A stretch of DNA of 64,000 nucleotides from Podarcis bocagei (taxonomy: Eukaryota): the NCBI GenBank assembly GCA_964188305.1, contig OZ076887.1. The stretch is one strand, 5' to 3'. Shown piece after piece: positions 1 through 14,021 of the stretch (its first letter is position 1; each line of letters starts with the position of its first letter). A program made the position numbers and the translations under genes. The notes beneath the pieces are model-generated. The model saw nothing but the letters and a program-made list of their open reading frames with translations. It did no database searches and was not told where the DNA came from.

Positions 1-656
1 CTATGGCCAGCAGCTTTTCAATTAGCAATTATCTAGGGCTTGATATAGCATCAAACCCAGTTATCAGAGTCCTTTGCCAAAGCCTACAAACTCTTTTTTT
101 TCCTTCTCTCTTCTGGCACAGCTATGCCTCAGGCTCTCACATGATTCATCTCGCATTTCCTCATATAAAGGCTGGATTTAATTTCAGCTAGGGGACTTGC
201 CTATCAAAGGAACACTTTACCTGAGAAGAAATACCATTGAACTCAATGAGACTTGGTTCCAGGTGGGCATACATAGGCCTGGACAGTAAAATACAGTGCC
301 AGGGACAAAGGGCACTTTTAAGTTTCTTTTCTCCTTGAAATGGGCCACAATGACCTCATTGAACCAGGTCCAAAGACAGAAAATCTGCTGTGAGGGGGCT
401 TAAGCAGGGACCAGGGAGAATTTCAATTCAGTTTGCCAAAGGCAAACCTCCCAAAAACAAAATCAGAATCAATATTGGGCTTCTTCAGCCAAAACTTCTG
501 AGGAAATTTGAGGGATCCTAAGGTACATCATTAAGACTATTAACTGATAGTTTATATAGTGTCAGCAACACATTTCGTTCTAGGGAGCCAATAGAAAACA
601 CACCAAGATCTGTTATTAGACCACTGTTACCATTTGTTGTGCAACATAGCAGTCAT

Positions 657-658
<2 letters not shown>

Positions 659-696
<38 letters not shown>
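659..696. repeat. (TG)n microsatellite
   Basis: Direct reading. Confidence 0.97.
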
Positions 697-697
<1 letters not shown>

Positions 698-3600
698 CAA
701 ATCAACTGAAGAACACCAGAGTCTTTTGAGATTTGCCATTCCTTTATTGAATTTGTGTCAAAAGGGTCTTTTACAAGGTGACCTGCAAATCAAGTCTGGC
801 ATATCTGGCAATATACCTGGCTGTAATGTCTCTTTTGGAAAGATCTTTATGGCATATACTTCCCTCAGTGTGATCTTAGATATGATGAAACCCTGTAAAT
901 GTGTAATTGCTCTCTTGGAACTCAGAACACATATGAGATATTGTTTGGTTCATTGGTTACGAATGTAGTTCTTTTTATATCTTGAACATCTGTGAGAAGG
1001 ACAAGACATTGTGAGAGAAGACAATAAAAGTGCTTTAAAACAAACAAGCTGTTAACATATCTTCATAGGTTTTCCTATTCACTACTTGGCAATTCCATGG
1101 GGTGAGAATGTGCTTCTCTACCTTAAACCTGTAGAGAAAAAGTCACATGCAGAGCATGGAGGAAATACTTTTGTTCAATTTAGGCTACAAGTTTCAAAAA
1201 AGTAGTAAGCAATTGCTATATGCCAGCAACTGTTCTTCTAACTCCTTTTCACAACAAGCGGCTTGCTCTCCAGGCAGACACTAATGAGATTTTTTTGTTA
1301 AAGTCTAGGAGGAGGGAGGGAAAGATCATCACTAAAATTGGGCATGGCAGCTGAATGTTGGAGGTGCTAACAATAGCAAGTCTTGGATCTCTTGGAGATG
1401 AGGATGCCTGTGATTAGTAAAGAAATCCAGCCAATGGCTCATGTGATTTCTTCATTTTTCAAATGCCTTGACTAGAACCTTGTCAAAATAAAGGGTGGAT
1501 TTGTGCTTATATGGCAAGGCTGATCCACAACGATACTATCACAGAGCTGTAAAGCAGAAAATTTTGTGGTTCCTGCCAAAGCATGAATCAGTTGCAAAAT
1601 AATGGTTTGAGGTATGCTTCTTTTTTCCATTCTCTAATATTTCTTTGCAGAACAACCCAAACAATTGCTCATAATTAAGCTGATTGGAGAAGCAGACACT
1701 GGAAGGAAATATTCTGCTGGCTCTGATCCCAATGCACTTCATTGTACTAGATGTAGCACCATTACATCAGTTTCTTCCATTGCACAAAGAAAAGGTCATA
1801 TTCACAGGACACAAAAAAATATACTACTCAAGCAGAAAAATGATCCTTGCCTTTTCATTCTCAAAGCTCTGTTGTATCCTGAATAATTTTCAACATGGAA
1901 GTGGGAACATAAACAGCACACACACAATGGCTTCAGCATCCCAAGAATTTCATTTCCCTTTTAAAAAAATGAAGTTCCTATTCCTTATTACTGCAAAGAT
2001 ATATGTGAAAATGCATGGCAATGATTGCTGAAATACCAGATTCAGAAAGTATTTAGCCAGGCAATCTAGTAGTTAGAGAGGCTACTGGGCAGCAGAAGTA
2101 GAATTGTGCAGTATAAGAGTATTCAGCATTCTTTTCAATGCAAAATTTGGATTAGTTGGCTGGGCAATATTCAAAACACCAAATGTAGCTGCAGCCAGCA
2201 TTTTTTTTTCATCTAGAATAGCCCAAATAAGAATTCACATCCACATTCAAACAGTGATGTTGTGTGTGGATTGTACTAGATGCCTTTCATCCCCATATGC
2301 ACCCATAAGTGATTGTCTATGCATGGTCCCGAATCAGCTAAGGCAATACATGAGCAGGAGACTCCTGTATTGTGTGGCTATTCCTTTAGAGAGAAAGCAT
2401 GCATGTTCCTTCTAAAAAACCATCATTTAAGGCAGTGCAAAACATTTGTAGAGCAGCTGACAGGCCAGTGGGAAAGTTAAAAGAAGGATGGTCCATACAG
2501 AATGCTTGCAACAAGCGGAATACATTTCAAAACAGTGCTTGACATCTGTAAGGTTTTCTTACACATCTATTGAATAGGAATGGTGTAAACTTTTCCCATG
2601 GCAAAGCATGTAAAGCTGCCAATGAAAATAAAAACTGGGACTGAAAGGAGCAGCAAATACTGTATTGTAGCTTTGCTTTGTTCACATTGAGTGAGGTTGC
2701 TCTGGGACACACAATGTGGAGGCTCATGCTGAACTCAGGGGAAATTTGCCCTAAAATGCTGGTGAATGTTCATGAGGACTTTTTTTTGTTTAAAAAAAAA
2801 CATATTTCAAACTCATGAAGAATTATGGAAAAATAGAGAAACCCAAATCCATGGATTCATCTGTCCCAAACTTATGTGCATCTCCTCAGATGCATGTATC
2901 ACATTAAATGGGAACCAGATGAGTATCGCTGGCTGCACATGTGAATCATTCCTTCTCTGTGTTTATTTCCCTCATACTATCAATATTATTATACATGTGA
3001 AATCTATCTCCTCCTATGCTGTGCATGATGTTCTGCAGGGGAGGTCCTACTTGTGATTCCACCAACAGGGGTGTGTGGCAGTACATGAAAGAGCCTTCTT
3101 TGCAATGCTGCTCCATCCTTGGAATGACCATGTGTGTGCCCATATCTTTGGGGCTCTAATTCACTTGCATTTGTATAGTGTTTTAACACTGGTTGTTTTA
3201 ATGATTATTTTAATTTTATATTTATATAATATTGATTTAGTGCCATTTGTTCTTGTTTTTACAATATTCCTGACCTTAAACCATAAGGTTAAGTGGGATA
3301 GAAATGCCATAAAAGCAAACATGTAAATGAACAAGCAAAAACGGCAACTCAAAAATATATTCTGTTCAAACGCTTAAATGTACATAGTGACTGCTCTAAG
3401 GTAGAGTATACCAGCCATTTGATTGTACAAAGAAAGCTAGATTCCTGCACACCCTTTTCTTTCACCTTTTCTGGATGAATCTGGTGTCTAGCTCTCCTTT
3501 GTATCTAATACTGGAATTCTGACCAAGGTCCTGAAGTCCCCACTTCTGACTATTCTGCTTTTCATCTAATTCTCCAAAATGACTTTCCAGAACCTTTGTT

Positions 3601-4231
3601 ATTATTATCCTTGGCTTATTTAACTCTATTTGTTTGTTCCAGAGCAAGCTTCTGATTTATATCTTTTCCCTTTGATGCACAAACTTCTCTTCATGTTTCT
3701 ATAGATTACCCCACATTACATTTCAGACTTTCGGTTGCGGGCTGTGCCAAAGTTTTTCCATCTTACCTTATTTGGATGTGACTTTTCTCATCCTTGTGCT
3801 AAATGCTAGATTTCTGAATTAGAGGAGCAGAAGGCAGAGGGAGATATCTTCCTCTCTCTTTGTCTCTTTATGTCAGTGCTATGGAGACAGCTATAACATG
3901 TTCTTTATTTGCATATTTTGTTGTCGTGGTTCTAATAAGTAGAAGAGAAAACAGGAGGTGCCATTAATTTAGCTCCTCTAACTTGTTCCTTGTAACTCAA
4001 GGCTCATAGAGGCCAAGGTTTTCCTTGGCAGGGAAAAGCAAGATGTCAGATTGAGCATGTCTGTCCTGAACAGAGGAATTCCATCATGGCAGACAACAAG
4101 AATCTTCTTTGCTATAGTGTCAGCTGTTCCTCCCCTCATGTGTGGACTGGTTCACATGATACACCAGGCCGGCAACATCCTGACTCACGAAACCAACCAG
4201 ACCTTTGTACACATACAACAGTACCACCATA

Positions 4232-4526
4232 GGCGGTTCAAATCCCTGCGACAGGGTGAGCTCCCGTTTCTCAGTCCCTGCTCCTGCCTACCTAGCAGTT
4301 CGAAAGCATGAAGTGCAAGTAGATAAATAGGTACCGCTCTGGCGGGAAGGTAAACGGCGTTTCCGTGCGCTGCTCTGGTTCGCCAGAAGCGGCTTAGTCA
4401 TGCTGGCCACATGACCCGGAAGCTGTACGCTGGTTCCCTCGGCCAGTAAAGCGAGATGAGCGCCGCAACCCCAGAGTCAGTCACGACTGGACCTAATGGT
4501 CAGGGGTACCTTTACCTTTACCTTAC
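4232..4526 (+). mobile_element. Sauria SINE, 5'-truncated
   Basis: AAGTAGATAAATAGGTACCGCT...GGTCAGGGG body with (ACCTTT)n tail. Confidence 0.88.
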
Positions 4527-5049
4527 TGGAGATTAACGACCTGGGTGAGAACCAGGTAGAAGAAGTGTGCTGACCTGGGTGGTAGCCAGATGGAGATGGC
4601 TGATTTGTATGGTAAGGTTAGGCTGGGAGGAGGATGGGGTGAAATATCATAACTTGATTGTAGATCTATTAGCACTCACCGCTTTCTCTCTCAATATTTT
4701 CTCTTATATGTTATACATTAGCACTTTAAATATAAGCCATTTAAAATTATAAACACTTTAGATCTTAGCACATTTTGTTGTTGTTTGCTTATTCCCTTAA
4801 CTGCAGTGTTAGAATCAACATTTTTTCCTCTCCTATTTGATTTTGTTTTTGTATTCTGTGCACTTAGTCCCCAATAGGTGGGTGTTCTGTATAGAACAGA
4901 AATGATGTTTTTGGTCCAGACAGGTGCTGGTGAACGATTATTTCCATGGTGACATTACTTCCATTACTTCCAGGAAAAAGAAGGTGTTGCACAGGTGGAC
5001 AGAGTGTTGTGGAGAGTAGAAAGAGGGTGAGTTATATTTGAGCGCTCCC

Positions 5050-5345
5050 ACCCTCTGGTTTCCCCATTGATAGTCAGAATTTAGTGGAGCCTGTCAGTCA
5101 GCGCTTTGGTCTGTTGGTCAATGGCAGGTTGGTCCAGAGTAAGTTAGAAATCACCCTCAATTTAGATGTGGTCTTGGCATGCAAAACTGAGACTTGTGTA
5201 GAGGCACTGGAAGGCTCTGTTTACCCAGTTTTGTCTTCCATTCACTCAATGGTCATTATTGAAAGATGGAGATGTCTATAATTTTCCTGCTAAGGGCAGC
5301 GGCTGCAGCAGCAGGGAGAATCAGTTAATAAACAAGCATTGTAAT

Positions 5346-5381
<36 letters not shown>

Positions 5382-6100
5382 AATAATAATTTATTATTTA
5401 TACCCCGCCCATCTGGCTGAGTTTCCCCAGCCACTCTGGGCGGCTCCCAATCAAGTATTATAAACAATGCATTAGATATTAAAAACTTCCCTATGATATT
5501 CTGAGGTGAGTGTTGTAATCAGAGGGCCTAGGGCTCTCTTGGAAAAAAGAATCTGGATGCATAATGATCTGAAGAGACTTACAATGTTTGGGCTTATTTC
5601 CAGCTCCTATTCTAGACACCACCTTGTCTTCCCAGCCTAGTATAAGACCTGGCATAGGCTTATCAGTGGCTAAACCAGGGGCATTCTGAAATACTGGCTG
5701 GGTCAGAACAATGAATCTGTCACTAACATCACAGGGAGTTGACACCTTGGGTGTGAAAGATACCTTAACCCCAGACCAAATACTGCAAAAATGCAATGTG
5801 TCCATCCAGCATGAATCAAGTGACTAATTCTAATCCTGTTCCACTGTCGAAATGCTAGCCAGGGTTCCTGAAAAACAATCATAAGCACTTTGCAACAGAA
5901 TGCCTTGTGGGTTGGGGTAACTTACCTTTGCACAAAATCCCTTAACTATGGGAAAACTGTCCAACTCCCTAAAGGTTAACCAAACAAAATTGAACATTGT
6001 GTCCAAACAAACGTGGCTAACAAAATGCCATCTGGTGCACACTGGGGAATTATGGTTATGCAAATGACATTGTCAGCAGATGGTGTCTCCAGCTTTTTTC
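5050..6100 (+). mobile_element. Degenerate L2/CR1-clade LINE ORF2 fossil (AP endonuclease region), interrupted by the 5341-5492 insert
   Basis: LLVNGRLVQSK...LACKTETC resembles the LLLNARS..NK...LACITETW APE motif; boundaries approximate. Confidence 0.5.
5341..5492 (-). mobile_element. Young L2-type LINE 3' end with (TTA)n/(TTG)n tail
   Basis: GCCGCCCAGAGTGGCTGGGGAAAC...GGGCGGGGTATAAATAATAAA on -. Confidence 0.7.
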
Positions 6101-7046
6101 CCATAGGGAGAACCTAAAAGAAGCTTTCCCTCTGGGCCTCCGAAAGTCATGTCCTTTTATTCAGGCAACCCTTATGAGATTTATCGCTTGTGCAACACAG
6201 CTTCTTTCTTCCACCATATATATTCCTGTGCATCATGAAATTTGGAAAGGAACCTCAGTCATTTCTGCTGAACTTTTTCCCGAGTTTATGAGCAGAACTT
6301 CATCTAAGCATTGCTCTTTTTCTAGCAGAGATTGGCCAAACCCAATAAAAACAAAAACTGTAAAACCAAGGAGGAAATAAAAATGGACTTGAATGGGCTG
6401 CATTTCTTTGGTGCTCAGTGTTCTGATGAGGGTTTTTTCTCCTTCGCTATCATCAGACTGCTGACCGCCAAGTATAAAACAAATTCATGTGCCAGCTATT
6501 TATAGCTCTGATGGGAAAAAGCAGAGTTCTGAATGTTTAGACTTTCAGCCAGACACATGCTGAGGTTTCATGCTGAAAAACAGCATGTTGATAGACGATG
6601 GCATTGGCTACGTACACATTAGCAGTTTAAAACTCAGCACAGTTGTTTCCCTCTCACTGCATTTCAGGTTGCATTTTTACATTGCTGTACACGCCAGGGA
6701 GGGAGCGGAATGTCTTCCCCTGATGAGCATTACCTGTTTGGTTTCTCCACATCTGCAACCCCTCCGAACCCTTGTTCAGTTAAGCTGTCGTCTGTACATG
6801 TGTTATCATTTGCACATGCACAACATGTGTCTCTAATGCACACAGCTCAGCTTTACTGCAGTTTACCTTTTCAAATCAGATGGAAGCCAGTTTGGGGGAA
6901 AGTGCAATAAACAGCAATATATCTCAAGAAACTTCAGGATAGATATGGACTGTGGCTAATGTACGTGCTTGGCTTCAAATATCAGCAGTGAGAGTGCCCT
7001 GGGGCCACAGTAAATGGTAATGTGTACACAGCTTATGTGTTGACTA

Positions 7047-7297
7047 CAGTGGTACCTTGGTACTCAAATGGCTTGGCTCCTGAACAAATAGGCTCCCGAA
7101 CACCATAAACCAGGAAGTGAGTGTTCTGGTTTGCAAACGGTTTTCAGAAGCCGAATGTCCAAAGCAGCTTCCATGGCTTCCAATTGAGTGCAGGAAGCTT
7201 CTGCAGCCAATCGGAAGCCGCGTCTTTGTTTTTGAACTGTTTCGGGAGTCGAATGGACTCCTGGAACGGATTAAGTTCGAGAACCAAGGTACCACTG
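7047..7297. mobile_element. Tc1/mariner (Tigger/pogo-like) MITE
   Basis: TIR CAGTGGTACCTTGGT; TA on the left flank. Confidence 0.85.
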
Positions 7298-8573
7298 TTC
7301 TTTGAAGTAGTTTAGTACAAAGAGTAAAAGGCTCTTTACATAAGCTTACAACAAACAAAAGTGAGGCCAATCCAAATGGCAACCAACTATTCTCACACAC
7401 AAAAATAATAATTAAAGGGCATGATGAGGGAATATATTTCTGCAGTCATTTGGACTATCATGAAAGGATGCTGAATTAGGGTGTCATGCTAAGCAATGTT
7501 AGAAACGGGGCGGGGGGGGGAGAGATCATTTAAATCAGAGATGGGAAACATCCAGCCCTTTGGCCCCAGGTCACGCTCCACCTTTCTTCCTGAGATTCAC
7601 CAGGCATCACTCAATACACCGGACAGGCACTCATCACTGGAGTCAGAGCAGACTCACTTTATGACACAGCTCAGATTTTAAAATAGGCGTTTCTGTGTTA
7701 GGCCTTGGCGGGTTATGATATTCAACAAACCTTTGGATAGGGAAGATGAATTCAAATTATTTCATGCATTAAAAGAAAAAAATTACAATTGGCAGTTTCT
7801 CCCAACTTAAAAACACGTCACATGCACTTTTGAAATGACTGCCTAGCCAGCATCTATGTTGCCAGAGCTCCTGGAAGATCTGACTGGGTACTGGGTACTC
7901 AGCAGGGCCAGCAGCCTGTTTATATCAGTGGTTCTTCTCCATGAATGCCTCCTTTGAACTAAGGGTATGTCTCATCAAGGAAAAAACTAGTGTTCCAGAC
8001 TTACTGGAGACCACAGAGGCTCTGCTGCAAATAGTTATATCCAACCCCCAGGTGACAGCATGAGAGACAGAAATCAGGTCCCCTTACCATGTAATGTGGA
8101 GCTGCCTGGCTGTAAGCCCCCTTTTGGATGAAGTCCTGATATTAATTTAGAACTACAATTCCCCATAGTAGTTTAACAATCCACACTTCTTCTATGGAAA
8201 CTCTGTAAATTGTAGCTCTGTGAAGGGAATAGAGGGTCTCCCTGCAACTCTCAGCACCGTTAATGAATGTCAGCTCACAGAATTCTTTGGGGAAGCCATG
8301 ACTGTTTAAAGTGGGGTCAGAGTGCTTTAAACATATGGTGTGAATATGTCTTGAGTACTAGAAACCTCTCTACAATTGGTCGAATTATGTTCCCCCTACT
8401 CGAAATTCACCATTGGGTCATGCATGCATGATGGATAGACAAATGCATGGTGCTTCAATAATGGAAGGAGCAGCCATCACCTTCCGTACAAAACTGAGAA
8501 CATTTGGGCACTTTCTGTTGTGTTCTATGCATGACAACTGAGTTTGGTATATTCATATTTCCAAAAACTTCTA

Positions 8574-8788
8574 CTGTGGTACCTTGGGTTACAGACGTTT
8601 CAGGTTACAGACTCTGCTAACCCAGAAATAGTACCTCGGGTTAAAAACTTTGCTTCAGGATGAGAACAGAAATTGCGTGGCGGCAGCAGGAGGCCCCATT
8701 AGCTAAAGTGGTACCTCAGGTTAAGAACAGTTTCAGGTTAAGAATGGACCTCCAGAACGAATTAAGTTCTTTACCCGAGGTACCACTG
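8574..8788. mobile_element. Tigger-like MITE
   Basis: C(T/A)GTGGTACCT TIRs, TA TSD. Confidence 0.85.
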
Positions 8789-11633
8789 TATGATGAAAAC
8801 ACTTTAACCCATCCCCCTCAAATCCTCCCCCCCCCTATTTTAACTCCTTCTATAGATTGTGTTTTGCTCAAAAGCTGCAATAAACAGTTATTTAGTCTAA
8901 AGAAAGGGGTGGCTTCAGGGTCTCGACACGCAGACAGTTAGTCTAAAGAAAAGTTTTCCCATTAATATCACAATTTTTGGCTAGAGAGGGGAAGTACAAT
9001 GTGATCTGCGCATTCCAAGATCACCTCAGTTTAGAAGTATGGGCTGCACAAGTGCTTCTCTTTGGTTTGAAGCGGCTTGATTAACGTATATTTATTTTTG
9101 CTTCTTCACTTGTCACTTCACTTCTTGCATTTACTCATGACAATACACAGAAGCCTCTGAAAATTCATTTCAAAGGCTATTTCTGCCTCAGCCAGAATCA
9201 AAGATGGAATAATAAAACCTGAACTCTTCTTAACGATTGTAAAAAAAATGCTGACACTTCAAAATGCCCTATTTGCCATTCATTTCACAACATATAACCT
9301 GCAGCAAGATTTAGTGAAAATGGCCAGACATAAGGATGAGGCATTGCAAATGAAAATCAAATTTGGGACATTTTCACCATGAAAGGCATGAAAACAGAAT
9401 CGTGTTTGTTATAGTCGTTTGCTGTAAGCGCAAAAAATCATCAAAGCATTTCTGAGGTAAACCGAGGCTGACTAGGAGGGCACCACATTCAGAGGCCTAC
9501 AGTTTTCTGGTGATTTGCCAGGCCACACTCTGATATAAGTTAGGGATCATATTGGTGAAAATGCTTTGCATTTTCTCTCTTGGACTGTGTCAAATAAATA
9601 TTAGAAACAGAAATAATGTCCAGCATTGCAAAGGTCAAATTTAATGCTAGTTAGTTTCTTATCACTGCGCTTCATTGTTTCTCTGTAAAATAAAGTCTCT
9701 CTCTGGTCAGGCATTCTTTTGACTGCCATGTTAGAATAAAGCAAACTACGTTTTTTCAACAGTGTTAATACAGTGTTAATTTAAGCACCTTAAATAAAGA
9801 GAACAGAATAACTTACCAGTTAGCACAATGAACGAATGACTGAGTGGCGCGGATGTAACTTCTTTTGACTTAAAGGCAGCCATTAATTTCAGTTCTAATG
9901 CAGCTGCTCTTGAGGATTGGGTGAGACTTTTAAAAAGGCAAGCAGATCAAATGTGTGCTTCATTATAAACAACGTACTGGCACGTAGAAAATCTCTGGAT
10001 ATGAAAGCACATTTTCACTGCAATGTGCAAAAGTGTGCTGCTAGTGTTTTTCATAATACAAGTTCCCCGATTTGCCTGGAATAACATGATCTCTATGACA
10101 GTAAATTGTAATGTGTTAAGTGGTTCAGATCTCCACATTAAATGGGAACAGTATACAAATATGATCAAACTGAGGTACTCCCCCCCCCCTTTGTTGCATA
10201 TCCTTGCCTGCGACACCAGTATTTCACAAACCACTATATTGTAAAAACAAACTGTATAGGCCCTGCCATGCATGCTTCAGTAAGAACTGAGTAAGGGACC
10301 TTGTAGACTATTTTATTGTGGGCTTATCCTGCAACAAGGTCTTGGCACTGTAATAGAGCATTAGAGGTGAATTTATCCTGCTTTAGTTTGGTTCTGCAAT
10401 GTTGCTCCAATGCCACCACATTGTTACTGTCTGGAAGAGCTATAGCACAACAAAAAATAAACCAGAATATCTGTGGTAGAGAAAGTTACAGGATTTTAGC
10501 AGGAAGTTACGGGATACACACTGATTGGAAATGGAAAGCATGACTGCCTCCAAACCCTTGAGGGTGCAAACAATATTGAAAGTGGGACTGTGTATGACTG
10601 CTCTGATAACATGACCACATATCATAATGAATGCACCTTAAAATGTACTGCTGCAAGGCCCCCCGAAAACCAATCCATTGAACTAGTCAAACCCACAAGT
10701 TGTAGTCAAACTATGAATCCTTCAGAGGATTATTAGAATAAAGAATAATTAGTAATAATTATCTCACAAATGGGCACCTCTCATGCTTTGCCAGTACTGG
10801 AATTGTGGGCAGCTGCTCAGACTAACTTTGACAAAGAAAGCAAAGCCATTTAAAGCTTACCAAGTTCATCAGTAGTTCAGGAACCACAAGTGACCATCTG
10901 TTTAGTGGCAAGTATGGCTTGTTATTTTGCTGCTAGGCAAAATCCAAATGGAGTATTAAATCTCTAATTTAAACACATATGCTCCAAAGAAGTAAAAGGC
11001 ACACAAAAATAATGAGAATGTATCCAAAACCAAAAATAGGCATTTCTGCTGAGGAAAGCATTGTGTTCTGGTGTTAGAAGCAAATATTCTCAGAGGTATT
11101 AAGTGTAATATAGAATGATCACACCTAATTTTTACCACCTGGATACTCTCTGTACCCTGCTGCAATATTGCTGGGAGTTCCTGGGACCAAGATGAAGAAC
11201 TTGTATCCAGGAAGGCTGAGTTAAAGTCCCTGTGTCATAATGGTTGTGTGATCATGAGCAAATCAGCCTCACTCTCCCATGTATAAATGGGAAACAACAG
11301 CAAGAGCAACCTAACTTACAACCCAACTTTAAATCTAAATCTTTAAAGATTTTGAAAGCACTTTAAAAATAAAAGTGCTATGGGAATGCTTAGCAGCGGG
11401 AGTCCATAAGGCTCTGTCATTTCATGAGTGTAAGAGAAATATGTAATGTAATAAGAGGGGAAAGTGGGTCAATACTGTGGAGTAAAAGTATCTTTTTTAA
11501 ACCTGTAATAAAAATAATCAAGAACCGTTTTTCACCCCTTCACAATATAAATCATTTGTGATCCTGTTTGACCTTGTATTCCTTGCAGTGGTTGTTGATC
11601 CAGCCTATGTTGTTAAATAAGCAAACACATACA

Positions 11634-11829
11634 TTTTTATCTCTGACGTTTCCTCCAAGGAACCCAGGGTGGTGCACATGGTTCTGTGTTCCCATATTTT
11701 ATCACCACAAACTGGTAAGCTAGGCTGAGAGAAACGGATTGGCCCAAGATCTCCCAATTAGCTTCATGGCTGAGTGGAGAATTGAACCTGGGTCTTCCAG
11801 GTCCTAGTCTGACTGCAACACTACACTGA
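11634..11829 (-). mobile_element. Old tRNA-derived SINE (Squam3-like)
   Basis: B box GGTTCAATTC on -, TGGCCCAAG core shared with the 26532 element. Confidence 0.65.
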
Positions 11830-11840
11830 CCCATGTAATA

Positions 11841-12450
11841 CAGTAGTACCTTGGTTCCCAAACGCCGAAAACCTGGAAGTGTTCTGGTTTTCAAATGTTT
11901 TTCGGAAGCCAAACGTCCGATGTGGTTGTCTGCTATTGTTTCCGGGGTGCCTGCACCTATCAGAAGCCGCGCCTTGTTTTTTGAACATTTTGGAAGTCAA
12001 ATGGACTTCCAGAACGGATTAAGTTTGGTGCTTTTGTTTTTGCTATTTATTTTGCATTTTTTTGTTTTTGAGGCTTTTTTGGTTGATTTGTTTTTGTGAC
12101 TCTGTGGAACCCAGTTCTGCTACTGATTGTGTGACTGTGGAGATGGATAAAAGCAACCCCCCCCCCATCCAAACAATGACTATCATCAGTGCAGGTAAGA
12201 TTTTTTTTTTATCATCTACAATACTGTCTTATTTATTTTATACTACAGTACATTGATTATTGCTTTTATTTTATGGATCAGTGGTCTCGTTAGATAGTAA
12301 AATTCATGTTAAATTGCCGTTTTAGGGGTTGTGTTTAAAAGTCTGGAATGGATTAATCTGTTTTGCATTACTTTCTATGGGAAAGCGCGCCTTGGTTTTG
12401 GAACGCTTTGGTTTTGGTACGGACTAAGTTTGAGAACCAAGGTACCACTG
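11841..12450. mobile_element. Tigger-like non-autonomous element, longer relative of 7047-7297
   Basis: CAGT(A/G)GTACCTTGGTTC TIRs, TA TSD. Confidence 0.85.
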
Positions 12451-12954
12451 TATGGGATTGCTCTACTTGGGACCTACTCCTGCATCACTTGATGTGTGTG
12501 AAATGGGAGCTAAACTCTCACAGCTTTTCCCTCAAAACCATGGAAACATATCATTTTAAAGACTGGCGATTCTCTTGAAGAGATACAATTACCAGAATTC
12601 CATGGAAGAAATGTAGATGTTTCCTAGTGCATTTTTTCTGCTTGCAAACGAAACCATGCTCTGCCTCAATTCATCTAACCTCTTCCTAGTCTTTCTCCAC
12701 ACTGATTCACTCAGTATTATTTTATTCACCGGTCAACAGTATGGAATTCTTGTTGAAGGCATGAATGGTGTATTGTGCCTTATGATGTGCAAAAATTGGT
12801 ATACTGAAGGAATCCAATGATTGCATGAAATGTGATGGAGAAATGGGAAAAAATAAGGGTTGTTCTGAAAGTAATGATCTGAATCTTTCAAATCATGTAC
12901 GATGTAAAGTTGACACAGAACACACACTTCCATGGGATATAACGAATACAGTAG

Positions 12955-13755
12955 CAACAAAGAGAAGGGACAAGCTTTATTTCATAATTCCCCCCCTTTT
13001 TTTCTGCAAGCAAAACTGCTTTGATATAAAATGAGTCCAATGATACAGTGCTATCATCCACTCAAGCAAAAGAAAACCTCACGCTGACGTGAATGCAGAT
13101 TATACTGGCATTCTGATACAAGTGTAATAATTCTAGATTCCAGATGGTGTCTGGCCTTTAAAGCAATGGCACAGAAAATGCTGCAAAATATTGGAGTACT
13201 GAAGTACTGGCAAGTGCTCTTTAAGTAACTCTCTCTGTGAATTCTCTGTAGGATAATGTTTGATTAACTGCAGTATGAACTGTGTCTTCTGTTTCTTAGT
13301 ATCCCTGCCACATGCCTCTTCGAGTCCACTGCGTTAGTTCAAAATGCATAATGTTGACTGTTGTCTTTTTCATTTGTATTAAGACAAAGTTATGAGGTAT
13401 CCTTTACTGTTAATCTAATGATGAAGTGACAGGCCTTGTTGACTTAGGACGCAAAGACAATTGTACATTCAGTAATTGCTTTTAGTGATCTCTCTACACA
13501 TTACTGCAAACAACCGTTAGTTACATTGAAAAGAAACTTTCTCCTTTTCACATATGATATGGCATAAACGAAACAAAATTTGACAAAAATCATACACATA
13601 AAATAAACAAGACAAATACACAAATAAGGCCATCTGCAAAATTAAAAATCCAACTCTCGTAATATTTCACAATAATTTCTACAGAATATTTTACATCTTA
13701 AAAACTTAAATATTTAATGCACAGGAAAAAGGTGGTCTTGACAGAGCCAACCACA
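12955..13755 (-). other. DST: DST 3' UTR (approximate end)
   Basis: AT-rich, repeat-free segment from the stop to the first AATAAA that has a downstream GU-rich element. Confidence 0.65.
12976..12981 (-). terminator. Polyadenylation signal AATAAA; a second AATAAA lies at 12721-12726
   Basis: tttatt on +; GTGTGTGTTCTGTGTC follows on - at ~12912-12927. Confidence 0.65.
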
Positions 13756-14021
13756 CTATCTCTTGGAGGACTTGTCTAATTTGCTGGCCGGCGACTTTCT
13801 TTGTGGAGTTGGAATTTTGGAAGGTTTTCCAGATGCTGAGCGAGAATTGGGTCGGGGTGTTGGCCTAATTGGGGTATGAACAGTCTCCGATACATCCGAG
13901 CACACAGACTGAATTTCTGAAATGTCAAAATCAGATGCGTCACTGCCCCGGCGGCTGCTTGCTCTGCTGCCAGCCTTGCTTCCTGCTCGACTTCCAGGTC
14001 TGCTTGGTGTTTTTCTGGTGT
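13756..14021 (-). CDS. DST: DST terminal coding exon: GSR repeats, SKIP (SxIP) motif, TAG stop
   Basis: cag acceptor at 14022-14024; [21 protein letters not shown]...KLDKSSKR*. Confidence 0.96.

Noticed and set aside
1-12900. A second gene or enhancer downstream of DST
   Set aside because: No recognisable exons; the repeat-poor stretch ~9000-10300 might be conserved non-coding sequence, but this cannot be supported without alignments.
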